16,538 nt of DNA from an uncultured Aquificales bacterium (GCA_964411615.1 CAYPLO010000012.1:13998-30535); one strand, 5' to 3'. Counted from the stretch's first letter, positions 1 to 7,677 are shown. Notes: generated by a model not told the origin, from the letters alone. Translations and numbers: made by a program.

Positions 1-111
1 AAGGAGGAATACGGAGGGACCCTGACCCAGGTGTCCTTCTGCCACTATCACCAGGGACCCGCAAGGGCAACCACTCCCGTATGGATATGGGTATGGGAAA
101 GGTCTACATAG
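1..111 (+). CDS. 3' end of an upstream gene (partial), probably the cobalamin methyltransferase CbiT/CbiET (CobL) C-terminus
   Basis: Frame 1 is open from base 1 to TAG at 109-111 (KEEYGGTLTQVSFCHYHQGPARATTPVWIWVWERST*). It resembles the CbiT C-terminal pattern (xTQVxx...xxPVxIx) and overlaps the cbiF start, matching the usual cbiET-cbiF order. Only 36 codons are visible. Confidence 0.5.
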   Translation, partial: KEEYGGTLTQVSFCHYHQGPARATTPVWIWVWERST

Positions 112-1670
112 TGGGGGCAGGGCCAGGGGCGCCGGACCTAATCACCCTCAGGGGGCTTGAGTTACTGAAAAGGGCCCACACGGTGGTCTACGCAGGCTCC
201 TTAGTAAACCCGGAGCTTCTGAAGTTCTGCCCGGAGGGATGCAGACTGGTCAACAGCCACGGCAAGAGGCTAAAAGAGCTGGTTGACATAATGGCCATGG
301 ATGCCCTTTCGGGAAAGACGGTGGTCCGATTAGCCTCAGGGGACCCATCCCTGTACGGTTCACTGAAAGAGATGGCGGAGGAGCTTGGCAAAAGAGATGT
401 TGAGGTGGAGGTGGTTCCCGGAGTCTCCTCACTCTTCGCCGGTGCAGCTACCCTCAAGGAGGAGTTCACAGTACCCGAAGGGCCACAGAGCTTAGTGATA
501 ACGAGGCTTCCCGGAAGGACCCCTGTAAGACCCCAGGAGGCCCTGGAAAGGTTCGCAGCAACGGGAGCCTCAATAGCCGTATTCTTAAGCGTGGACAAGG
601 CCCACATCATAAGGGAGAAGGCCCTGAAGGCAGGGCTTCCACCGGACACACCTGTGGCCATCGTTCACAGGGCAAGCTGGAAGGAGGAGAGGGTGATAGA
701 GACCACCCTGGAAAGACTGGCCCCACCTGAGGGGATAAAGGGAACCGCCATAGTGTACATACTGCCCGGAAGAAGGCTTAAGGGCAAACGTTCCTACCTC
801 TACGGACAGAAGTCCAGAGAAGACAGCTTCGTAAAAGACTCCACCCCCATAACCCTCATAGCTGCAGGCAGACTACCCCAGTCATCGGAGCTGGCAGAAG
901 AGATAATAAGGCACTTTCCAAAGGCATCACTGCTTGAAGGCCCACCCTCAAGGGCTATCAGAGAAGCGTGGGATAAAGGCGCTCCCATAGTATTCTTGGG
1001 CCCCGTAGGGGTGGCGGTGAGGCTTGCCGCTCCCCTTCTGAAGGACAAAAGGGAAGACCCACCTCTGCTCTGCGTTGACATAGCCGGCTCCTTCGTGGTG
1101 GTTGTATCGGGGGGGCATCACGGAGGAAACGCCTTAGCCAGAAAACTGGCCTCCGCCATAGGGGCTGTCCCCGTGATAACCACGGGAACGGAGGCGGTGG
1201 GGGTCCCCTCCTTAGAGGAACTTGCCATGGAGAGGGGATTTCACATAGAGGGAGGCACCACAAAGAGGTTCAACTCGCTGAGCATAAGGGGAGAGGAGAT
1301 ACTGGTAGTGGGTATGGGATGGAGAAAGGGGCTGAAGGAAGAGGAGATGGAGAAGGCCTTACAGACCATAAGGACAAAGGTTGAGGAGGAGAGAATAGCC
1401 GCCTTTGCCGTTCCCTGGATAAAGGCGGAGGAGGCGAAAAGGCTACTTCTACCCAAGATAGAAAGGCAGTCGGCCCTACTGGTAATCCCAGAGGAACTCA
1501 TGAGAGAGAATCCGGGGCCCACACCCTCAAGGGCAGAAGATAAACTCGGCATACCCGGTGTCGCAGAACCCTGTGCCCTCTCAGTACACCCAGAGGCCAA
1601 GCTCATCATCAAGAAGCAGGCTGTTGGTAACGTCACCTTTGCCGTGGCGGGGCTGAGATGCTCTGGGTAG
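93..1670 (+). CDS. cbiF: Bifunctional cobalt-precorrin-4 C11-methyltransferase CbiF (CobM) / cobalt-precorrin-5A hydrolase CbiG fusion
   Basis: N-terminal tetrapyrrole methylase motifs VYIVGAGPGAPDLITLRG, YAGSLV, RLASGDPSLYG, VPGVSS, VHRASW and RSYLY match CbiF. The C-terminal half has CbiG motifs VAVRLAAPLLKDKREDP, SGGHHGGNALA, PVITTGTE, LVVGMGWRKG, GVAEPCAL and VTFAVA. In-frame ATGs occur at 81, 87 and 93. I chose 93 because homologues begin MGKVY. Confidence 0.92.
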   Translation: MGKVYIVGAGPGAPDLITLRGLELLKRAHTVVYAGSLVNPELLKFCPEGCRLVNSHGKRLKELVDIMAMDALSGKTVVRLASGDPSLYGSLKEMAEELGKRDVEVEVVPGVSSLFAGAATLKEEFTVPEGPQSLVITRLPGRTPVRPQEALERFAATGASIAVFLSVDKAHIIREKALKAGLPPDTPVAIVHRASWKEERVIETTLERLAPPEGIKGTAIVYILPGRRLKGKRSYLYGQKSREDSFVKDSTPITLIAAGRLPQSSELAEEIIRHFPKASLLEGPPSRAIREAWDKGAPIVFLGPVGVAVRLAAPLLKDKREDPPLLCVDIAGSFVVVVSGGHHGGNALARKLASAIGAVPVITTGTEAVGVPSLEELAMERGFHIEGGTTKRFNSLSIRGEEILVVGMGWRKGLKEEEMEKALQTIRTKVEEERIAAFAVPWIKAEEAKRLLLPKIERQSALLVIPEELMRENPGPTPSRAEDKLGIPGVAEPCALSVHPEAKLIIKKQAVGNVTFAVAGLRCSG

Positions 1671-2980
1671 TGGGGACGGGACCTGAAGGGACCATGAGCA
1701 CGGCGGCTGTGGAGGCCATAAGAAAGGCCGAAGTGCTTGTGGGCTACCATAGGTACGTTGAGCAGGTAAGGCATCTGAGCAGCGCCGAAGCCGTAACCTA
1801 CTCCATGGGCGAGGAAAGAGAAAGATGCCTCAAGGCCCTGGAGCTGTCCAGGAAGGGGCTGAATGTGGCCCTCCTTTCGGGAGGGGACCCCGGCATATTC
1901 GGAATGGCATCCCTCGTCCTTGAGCTGGCAGAAGATGAGGAAGTTGAGGTGATTCCATCCCTACCCTCCCTCTCCTTCGCCGCAGCCAGGGTGGGAGCCC
2001 CTTTGGGAGCCGACTTCAGCCTCGTATCCCTCTCCGACCTGCTGGTGCCCTGGGAGAGGATAGTCTACCTCCTTGACAGGGCAGCGGTGTCGGACACATC
2101 AATAGTGCTCATAAATCCAGGAAGCAGAAGGCGAAGGGACAGACTCCCCCTGGCGGCAAACACCATACTGAGGTACAGACCCCCCAACACCCCTGTAGCT
2201 GTGGTTGAGAATGCGTGCCAGAGAGGGGAGAGGATAACCGTAACGAACCTCAAGGAGCTCGAAGCTCAGGAGTTCACCAGCATGAACGCCATTGTGTTCA
2301 TCGGAAACAGCAGAACCGTGGTGAAGAATAACAGACTCATAACCGACAGAGGCTACTTCAGAAGAGGCGTTATCTCTCACAACATAGAGCTTGGACCCAT
2401 AAAAAGCCCCAAGGAGATAGAGACCGCAAGCCTGCGGTTCATAAAGGAGCATCTGAAAGCCCACAGGTTCCCCCCAGCCATACTTGAGATTGTGGCCAGG
2501 ATGGTCCATGCGGTGGCGGACTTCTCCATAGCCTCAGAGGTAGCCTACTCGGAGGACTTCGTTGAGAAGGCCAGAGAGGTAATAAGGTCGGGAGGCACCG
2601 TATGGACCGACACAGAGATGGCCTCATGCGGCATCTCCTGGGATAAGGTCAAACCCCTACCCAAGCCCTCCACACCCCCCAAGGGGACCACAAGGACCGC
2701 ATGGGGGCTCAGGTCCGTAAAAGAACAGCTGAACAACTCCCTGCTTGTTGTGGGAAACGCCCCCACCGTCCTCTTTGAGCTTATGGAACTGATGAAGGAA
2801 GGCCACAGACCGAAAGCCGTTATCGGCTGTCCCGTAGGCTTCGTTGGGGCCGCGGAGTCCAAAAGGCTCCTAATGAAAAGCGGCATACCCTACCTCACCA
2901 TCACGGGAAACAGAGGGGGGACACCCCTTGCGGTGGCCGCCACAAACGCACTGATAAGGCTCGCAAACCATGGAGACTGA
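1658..2980 (+). CDS. cbiH: Bifunctional precorrin-3B C17-methyltransferase CbiH (CobJ) / precorrin-8X methylmutase CbiC (CobH) fusion
   Basis: CbiH motifs LWVVGTGP, VGYHRY, MGEERER, LSGGDPGIFGMA, GAPLGADF, SLSDLLVPWERI, IGNSRT and ITDRGY. From about nt 2405, CbiC motifs PKEIETASL, RMVHAVADF, TDTEM, TRTA, VGNAPTVL, PVGFVGAAESK and GNRGGTPLAVAATNAL. Confidence 0.93.
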   Translation: MLWVVGTGPEGTMSTAAVEAIRKAEVLVGYHRYVEQVRHLSSAEAVTYSMGEERERCLKALELSRKGLNVALLSGGDPGIFGMASLVLELAEDEEVEVIPSLPSLSFAAARVGAPLGADFSLVSLSDLLVPWERIVYLLDRAAVSDTSIVLINPGSRRRRDRLPLAANTILRYRPPNTPVAVVENACQRGERITVTNLKELEAQEFTSMNAIVFIGNSRTVVKNNRLITDRGYFRRGVISHNIELGPIKSPKEIETASLRFIKEHLKAHRFPPAILEIVARMVHAVADFSIASEVAYSEDFVEKAREVIRSGGTVWTDTEMASCGISWDKVKPLPKPSTPPKGTTRTAWGLRSVKEQLNNSLLVVGNAPTVLFELMELMKEGHRPKAVIGCPVGFVGAAESKRLLMKSGIPYLTITGNRGGTPLAVAATNALIRLANHGD

Positions 2981-3614
2981 AGAGCTGCTCAATCTTTACC
3001 AGAAGCTCAGGCCACAGATAGAGAGTAGGGTTGAGGAGTTCAGAAGGCTAAAAGAGGAGGGCACTGAAGAGGAGCTCTTCAAGGAGGCCTGCTTCTGCCT
3101 GTTCACCCCACAGTCAAAGGCGGTGAACTGCTGGCAGGCGGTTGAAAAGCTCCACAAAACGGGACTCCTGTATTCGGGAGACGAGGAGGAGATAGCGAAG
3201 GCCATAAGGGGCCTTGTGCGGTTCCACAACACCAAGGCCGCAAGGCTGGTCCTCTTGAGAAGGCTGTTCTCAAGGGATGGAAAACTGAGGGTCAGAGAGG
3301 TTATTGAGAGATTCCCGAAACCCACAGAGGCGAGGGACTGGCTGGTTGAGAATGTAAAAGGCTACGGACTTAAAGAGGCGAGCCACTTCCTGAGGAACAC
3401 GGGCTACGGCCTTGAGCTGGCCATAGTGGACAGGCACATAGTTAAGAACCTGCACGCCCTTGGAGCCATAGAAAAGATACCGGCATCCATAACACCGGCA
3501 ACCTACTTAGAGATAGAGGAGAGGATGAAAAGATTCGCCAAAATCTTAGGACTTCCCCTACAGCACCTGGACCTGCTACTATGGGCCAAGGAGGCAGGCT
3601 TCGTTTTCAAATAG
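2970..3614 (+). CDS. ogg: 8-oxoguanine DNA glycosylase/AP lyase, OGG2 type (N-glycosylase/DNA lyase)
   Basis: ELFKEACFCLFTPQSKA, VRFHNTKA, helix-hairpin-helix VKGYGLKEASHFLRNTG (catalytic Lys), AIVDRHI (catalytic Asp), YLEIE, and the C-terminus LDLLLWAKEAGFVFK with the terminal Lys typical of OGG2. Confidence 0.93.
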   Translation: METEELLNLYQKLRPQIESRVEEFRRLKEEGTEEELFKEACFCLFTPQSKAVNCWQAVEKLHKTGLLYSGDEEEIAKAIRGLVRFHNTKAARLVLLRRLFSRDGKLRVREVIERFPKPTEARDWLVENVKGYGLKEASHFLRNTGYGLELAIVDRHIVKNLHALGAIEKIPASITPATYLEIEERMKRFAKILGLPLQHLDLLLWAKEAGFVFK

Positions 3615-3617
3615 TAA

Positions 3618-3646
3618 TTGATATGCAAGTTAAAAGGGTATAACAT
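3618..3646 (+). promoter_or_regulatory. Putative sigma70 promoter for perR-sfsA
   Basis: TTGATA (3618-3623), a 17-nt spacer and TAACAT (3641-3646) lie in an AT-rich gap. A purine-rich leader and SD GGGGGAGGG (3662-3670) precede ATG 3673. Confidence 0.65.
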
Positions 3647-3672
3647 AGAGGAAAAAAGAAAGGGGGAGGGCC

Positions 3673-4095
3673 ATGAGAGCAGAGGGCAGCGAGAAGATAA
3701 AGCAGATGCTCGTTGAGAAGGGGATACAGCCGTCCTTCCACAGGATACAGGTGCTGAAGTACCTCATGGAGAACAAGAACCACCCCAACGTTGAGATGAT
3801 ATACCAGGCCCTTATCAGGGAGATTCCCACTCTCTCCAGAACCACCATCTACAACACCCTGAACCTGCTCATGGAGAAGGGGCTCGTAAAAGCCTTCGCA
3901 GTGGAAGACAGGGAGATGAGGTACGACATAGAGACCCACTTCCACGCCCACTTCAGGTGCAAGGTCTGTGGCCAGATATACGACATAATGGGGGTGGACC
4001 TGAAACTGCCGGAGAAGGAGATGGAAGGCTTCCAACTTGAGAACATAAACCTCTACATGACAGGCGTGTGCCCCAAGTGCAGGAAGAGCTCCTGA
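3673..4095 (+). CDS. perR: Fur-family transcriptional regulator, PerR-like
   Basis: Winged helix (NHPNVEMIYQAL...LSRTTIYNTLNLLMEKGLV), RYD, HAHFRCKVC, IYD and C-terminal CPKC. This His/Asp/His/His/Asp regulatory-site pattern plus two CxxC Zn motifs is PerR-like. Family assignment is firm, subfamily is inferred. Confidence 0.88.
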   Translation: MRAEGSEKIKQMLVEKGIQPSFHRIQVLKYLMENKNHPNVEMIYQALIREIPTLSRTTIYNTLNLLMEKGLVKAFAVEDREMRYDIETHFHAHFRCKVCGQIYDIMGVDLKLPEKEMEGFQLENINLYMTGVCPKCRKSS

Positions 4096-4766
4096 GGATA
4101 GATGCGGACACGGAAGGTACAGTAGTAAAGCGTGTAAACAGATTCGCCGTAGAGGTCCTGATTGACGGCAACCGGGAGCTTGCCCATCTTCACGACCCCG
4201 GGAGGCTGAAGGAGCTCATCTATCCGGGCAACCGGGTCCTGCTCAAGAGGGCCTCGTCCCCCAACCGAAAGACCCGATGGGACATAGTGGCGGCCTGGGC
4301 GGGCCACTGGGTCCTGCTCAACTCCGCCTACCACAGAAAGATAGGCGAAGAGGTGCTGAGGCACCTCTTCAATCCTGTAAGGGTAAAATGTGAAGTTCAA
4401 ATCAACAGCAGCAGACTCGACTACCTCATTGAGACAGAAGAGGGCAAAAGGACATGGGTGGAGCTCAAGGGATGCACCCTGTGCATAGAAGGCACCGCCC
4501 TCTTTCCCGATGCACCCACCGAAAGGGGCAGAAGGCACGTTGAAGAGCTGACAAGGCTTGCCCTTGAGGGAGAAGATGCCCTCCTTCTAATACTGGTCCT
4601 GAGAAGAGACGCAGAGGTCTTCGCTCCCAATGCTGAGACAGACCCCGCCTTCGCTAAAGCCTTCTGGAAGGCTGTGAAGGCAGGGGTACAGGTGCTTCCG
4701 GTAAAGGTCCTTTACAGCGACAACAGAGTCAGACTCTCAGAATACATACCTGTTATGGCGGGTTAG
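4068..4766 (+). CDS. sfsA: DNA/RNA nuclease SfsA (sugar fermentation stimulation protein)
   Basis: KRVNRF, AHLHDPGRLKEL, RKTRWD, SRLDY, WVELKGCTL, ALFPDAPTERGRRHVEEL, FAPNAETDPAFA. The start is uncertain (GTG 4068 or GTG 4077). Either start overlaps the perR stop. Confidence 0.93.
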   Translation: MPQVQEELLRIDADTEGTVVKRVNRFAVEVLIDGNRELAHLHDPGRLKELIYPGNRVLLKRASSPNRKTRWDIVAAWAGHWVLLNSAYHRKIGEEVLRHLFNPVRVKCEVQINSSRLDYLIETEEGKRTWVELKGCTLCIEGTALFPDAPTERGRRHVEELTRLALEGEDALLLILVLRRDAEVFAPNAETDPAFAKAFWKAVKAGVQVLPVKVLYSDNRVRLSEYIPVMAG

Positions 4767-4768
4767 AG

Positions 4769-6889
4769 TCAAATAAACTCGTAAGGGTCCATATCCTTGA
4801 AGACCCTGACAGAGCCTACGGACTGTGGGATTGAGAGGGCCACTTCAACGAGCTTTCTCCTGCTATGGTGCCGTAATAACAGGTGCCATCTGAACCTGTT
4901 CTTCAGCTTCTCTATACCGCAGGGGGCAGGCCCCATAACCTCAACCTCTCTAATCCCCTTGGCCACCTCAAAGGCTGCCTCTTTAACCCTGTCCCTGCTG
5001 GAACCTGCAAATATCACCCTCAGCAACCTCTTGAAGGGGGGATACCCCAAGGCCCTTCGGAGCCTCAGCTCCTCCTCAACAAACCCCTCATAGTCTTGAG
5101 CTGCCCCTGCCCTTACGGCGTAGTGGTCCGGATTGTAGCACTGCACTATAACCTTACCGGGACGCTCACCCCGCCCGGCCCTTCCAGCCATCTGGCATAT
5201 GAGCTGAAAGGTCCTCTCAGGGGCCCTGAAGTCCGGTATGTTTATGCCCATGTCGGCGTTCAGCACGGCACTCAGTACCACGTTGGGGAAGTGGTGCCCC
5301 TTTGCAATCATCTGGGTGCCAACGAGCACATCTATCCTTCCACAGGCCATATCCTCTAAAATCTTCCACCTTGTGAATCGGGACTGAACCCTCTCCCTGT
5401 CCATCCTCTCAACCTTAGCCCCGGGAAAGAGCTTCAGCACCTCCTCCTCAACCCTCTGGGTGCCAAAGCCCACCATCCTCAGGGATTCAGAACCACACTG
5501 GGGACACTTAGAGAAGCCCAGGGTCTTATAACCGCACCAGTGGCACAGGAAGTGAAAGCCGCCACCCTCCCTGTAGGGGGTGAGGGATACATCGCAGTTG
5601 GGGCACCTGAGGTGATGGCCACAGGCGGTACAGAGCACAACCCTTGAGTACCCCCTCCTGTTCACAAGGAGCATAACGGCCCCCTGAGAAGAGAGAACCT
5701 CATCCATAGCCTCAACCAGCTCCTCAGAAAAGATTCCTCCCCTGCCCCTCATATCCACAACCCTGACTACAGGAAGAGCAGCCCCCCCTACCCTCTTCTT
5801 CAAGGTCACGAGCCTGTACCTCCCGGAGACGGCGTTGCTGTATGTCTCAACGGAAGGGGTGGCGGAGCCAAGGACAACAGGGCATCCCTCAATCCTCCCC
5901 CTCACTAAGGCCACATCCCTCGCGTTATAGCGGGGAGACTCTTGCTGTTTGAAGGAGGGGTCGTGCTCCTCATCCACAATTATAAGGCCACAGTCAGGAA
6001 CGGGGGCAAACACAGCGGACCTGGTTCCTATCACCACCTTAAGCCTTCCCTCCCTTATCCCAAGCCACTGGGCAGAACGCTCCCCATCGCTCAGACCGCT
6101 GTGAAGAACCGCAAGGGTTGAGCCGAAAAGCCCTATAAATCTCTTAACGTAGTGGGGAGTGAGGGATATCTCAGGCACAAGTATGAGAACACCCTTGCCC
6201 CTACTAAGGACCTCAAGAGCGGCCCGCTTATAGACCTCCGTCTTGCCGCTTCCCGTGACACCGTGAAGCAGTATCCGCGAGAAGGACCCCAAAGAAGAGA
6301 TTATCTCGCCAAGAGCACTCTCTTGCTCACAGGTCAGGTTCACCTCCTCCCTCACCGGCTCCCCCACCTCCGCCCTCCACTTAGGCACCCTCTCAAGCTC
6401 AACCACCCCTTTTCTCTCAAGGGCCATAACCACAGCCCTTGAAAAGCCCCAAACCCTCTCAAGCTCGGAAAGGAGCACAATTTCCCTTTCTTTCAGAAGC
6501 TCCACAAGCTCCGCCTGCCTGCGGGTTAAGCCTGACAAATCCCCGGACTTAAGCCTTACCGCCAGCACCTCACCCCCTCTAACCTCCCCTCCCCTTCTGA
6601 TGAGGGGAGGCAGAGCAGCAGCCCACACCAACCCTAAGGGCTCGGCGTAGTATACGGAGACCCACTCCACAAGCCTAACAACAGAAGGTGGAACCAGAGG
6701 CTTGAGGTCTATGGGATGCGCCTTCTTGCACTGGTAGGGAGGCTCCTCATCCTCCCCCACAACAACCCCCACAAGCTCCCTGCTTTTAAGCTGGGCCCTG
6801 ACCCTTGCTCCAGCGGGAACGGGATTATCCACAAGGTAGGTGAGGGGGTAAGGATGCGCTACGGGAAAGACCACCTTGACGTAGGGCAT
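4769..6889 (-). CDS. priA: Primosomal protein N' (replication restart helicase)
   Basis: 3'-binding N-domain, Walker A HGVTGSGKTEVY, LVPEISLT, IIVDEEHDPSFKQ, LGSATPS, NRRGY, four CxxC motifs (CTAC, CPNC, CHWC, CPQC), GTQMIAKGHHFPNV, QMAGRAGR, YPPF and terminal DMDP. Confidence 0.97.
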   Translation of the reverse strand: MPYVKVVFPVAHPYPLTYLVDNPVPAGARVRAQLKSRELVGVVVGEDEEPPYQCKKAHPIDLKPLVPPSVVRLVEWVSVYYAEPLGLVWAAALPPLIRRGGEVRGGEVLAVRLKSGDLSGLTRRQAELVELLKEREIVLLSELERVWGFSRAVVMALERKGVVELERVPKWRAEVGEPVREEVNLTCEQESALGEIISSLGSFSRILLHGVTGSGKTEVYKRAALEVLSRGKGVLILVPEISLTPHYVKRFIGLFGSTLAVLHSGLSDGERSAQWLGIREGRLKVVIGTRSAVFAPVPDCGLIIVDEEHDPSFKQQESPRYNARDVALVRGRIEGCPVVLGSATPSVETYSNAVSGRYRLVTLKKRVGGAALPVVRVVDMRGRGGIFSEELVEAMDEVLSSQGAVMLLVNRRGYSRVVLCTACGHHLRCPNCDVSLTPYREGGGFHFLCHWCGYKTLGFSKCPQCGSESLRMVGFGTQRVEEEVLKLFPGAKVERMDRERVQSRFTRWKILEDMACGRIDVLVGTQMIAKGHHFPNVVLSAVLNADMGINIPDFRAPERTFQLICQMAGRAGRGERPGKVIVQCYNPDHYAVRAGAAQDYEGFVEEELRLRRALGYPPFKRLLRVIFAGSSRDRVKEAAFEVAKGIREVEVMGPAPCGIEKLKNRFRWHLLLRHHSRRKLVEVALSIPQSVGSVRVFKDMDPYEFI

Positions 6890-7620
6890 TATCCGTTAAG
6901 GGTGCCCACCGTGGCGATGTAGATGGTGGACTCAGCCACCCCGTCAACGCCTATGAGCCTGTTCACCTCATCGTCGTAGAAGGCTCCTATTGCACAGCAT
7001 CCCAATCCCAAGGCGGTGGCGGCAAGATAGAGATTCTGGCAGATGTGCCCCACATCCATGAAGATGTATCTGAAGGCCCTCTCCCCGTACTTCATCCTGC
7101 ACCTGTCTATGACGGCTGTCCATATGAAGGCCACAGAGCAGGTGGAGAGCATGTTCTGGCCAAGGCACGCCTCCTTCAGGGCAGCTCCGTAGTTCCCCCC
7201 GTAGATGAGCTCTAAGGCGAATCTTCTTACGTTAAAGTGGTATATACCCTGGGAGAGGTCCTCAACCTTGTTAACCCACAGATAGGTCTCAACGGGGTAA
7301 AGGGCCCCTGCAGAGGGGGCGGCCCTCAACAGATACCCGGAGACCCTGCCCGTAACCCCCTGAGTGGCCCAGAGCATCTGGGAAAGCTCTTCAAGGGCTA
7401 TCTGCCTGAAGGTGTATCCCCTTCTGCTCCTCCTCTTCCTCACCACATCCCACAAAGGCTCCCCTCCCGAAACGGAGGGGGGAGGTAGGAAGACCACAGG
7501 CGTTCCTTTGTACTCCTTGTATGCATCGGGTATCTCAATCACCCTTGACTCAGGCAATGGCCTGTTCTTGGCGTATTTGGTCTCGTAGAAGAACCTCTCC
7601 CCTACCGTGGCAGCCACCAC
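6889..7620 (-). CDS. SagB/ThcOx-family FMN-dependent nitroreductase-fold oxidoreductase
   Basis: KRRSRR (FMN binding), [80 protein letters not shown] precedes a GTG start (7620 or 7617). The stop overlaps the priA ATG (TAATG). Confidence 0.9.
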   Translation of the reverse strand: MVAATVGERFFYETKYAKNRPLPESRVIEIPDAYKEYKGTPVVFLPPPSVSGGEPLWDVVRKRRSRRGYTFRQIALEELSQMLWATQGVTGRVSGYLLRAAPSAGALYPVETYLWVNKVEDLSQGIYHFNVRRFALELIYGGNYGAALKEACLGQNMLSTCSVAFIWTAVIDRCRMKYGERAFRYIFMDVGHICQNLYLAATALGLGCCAIGAFYDDEVNRLIGVDGVAESTIYIATVGTLNG

Positions 7621-7647
7621 TCCTCCCCTTGCACACCTTTAAGCTTT

Positions 7648-7677
7648 ATCATAATAAGCTAAGTGGCATGTTTGCAA
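7648..7677 (-). promoter_or_regulatory. Putative sigma70 promoter for the nitroreductase-priA unit
   Basis: Minus-strand TTGCAA (7677-7672), an 18-nt spacer and TATGAT (7653-7648), about 20 nt upstream of the SD. The -35 box lies inside the first codons of the divergent TPR gene. Confidence 0.55.

Noticed and set aside
79..96. Tandem hexamer (RTATGG)x3 giving three in-frame ATGs
   Set aside because: It is too short for a contingency repeat and is explained by the VWIWVW codons of the overlapping upstream gene.
3609..3630. Possible PerR/Fur autoregulatory box over the -35 element (AAATAGTAATTGATATGC)
   Set aside because: It is AT-rich but has no convincing dyad symmetry, at best a half-site, so it cannot be supported from sequence alone.
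6889..7620. Nitroreductase as a RiPP (TOMM) cluster member or as BluB for B12 lower-ligand synthesis
   Set aside because: There is no YcaO, precursor, transporter or dedicated protease nearby. The motifs are SagB-like rather than BluB-like. BluB needs O2, whereas the corrin pathway here is anaerobic, and the gene is outside the cbi operon.
7521..7667. 49-codon N-terminal extension of the TPR ORF
   Set aside because: It would overlap the nitroreductase gene, its SD and its promoter head-to-head, and the sequence does not look protein-like.
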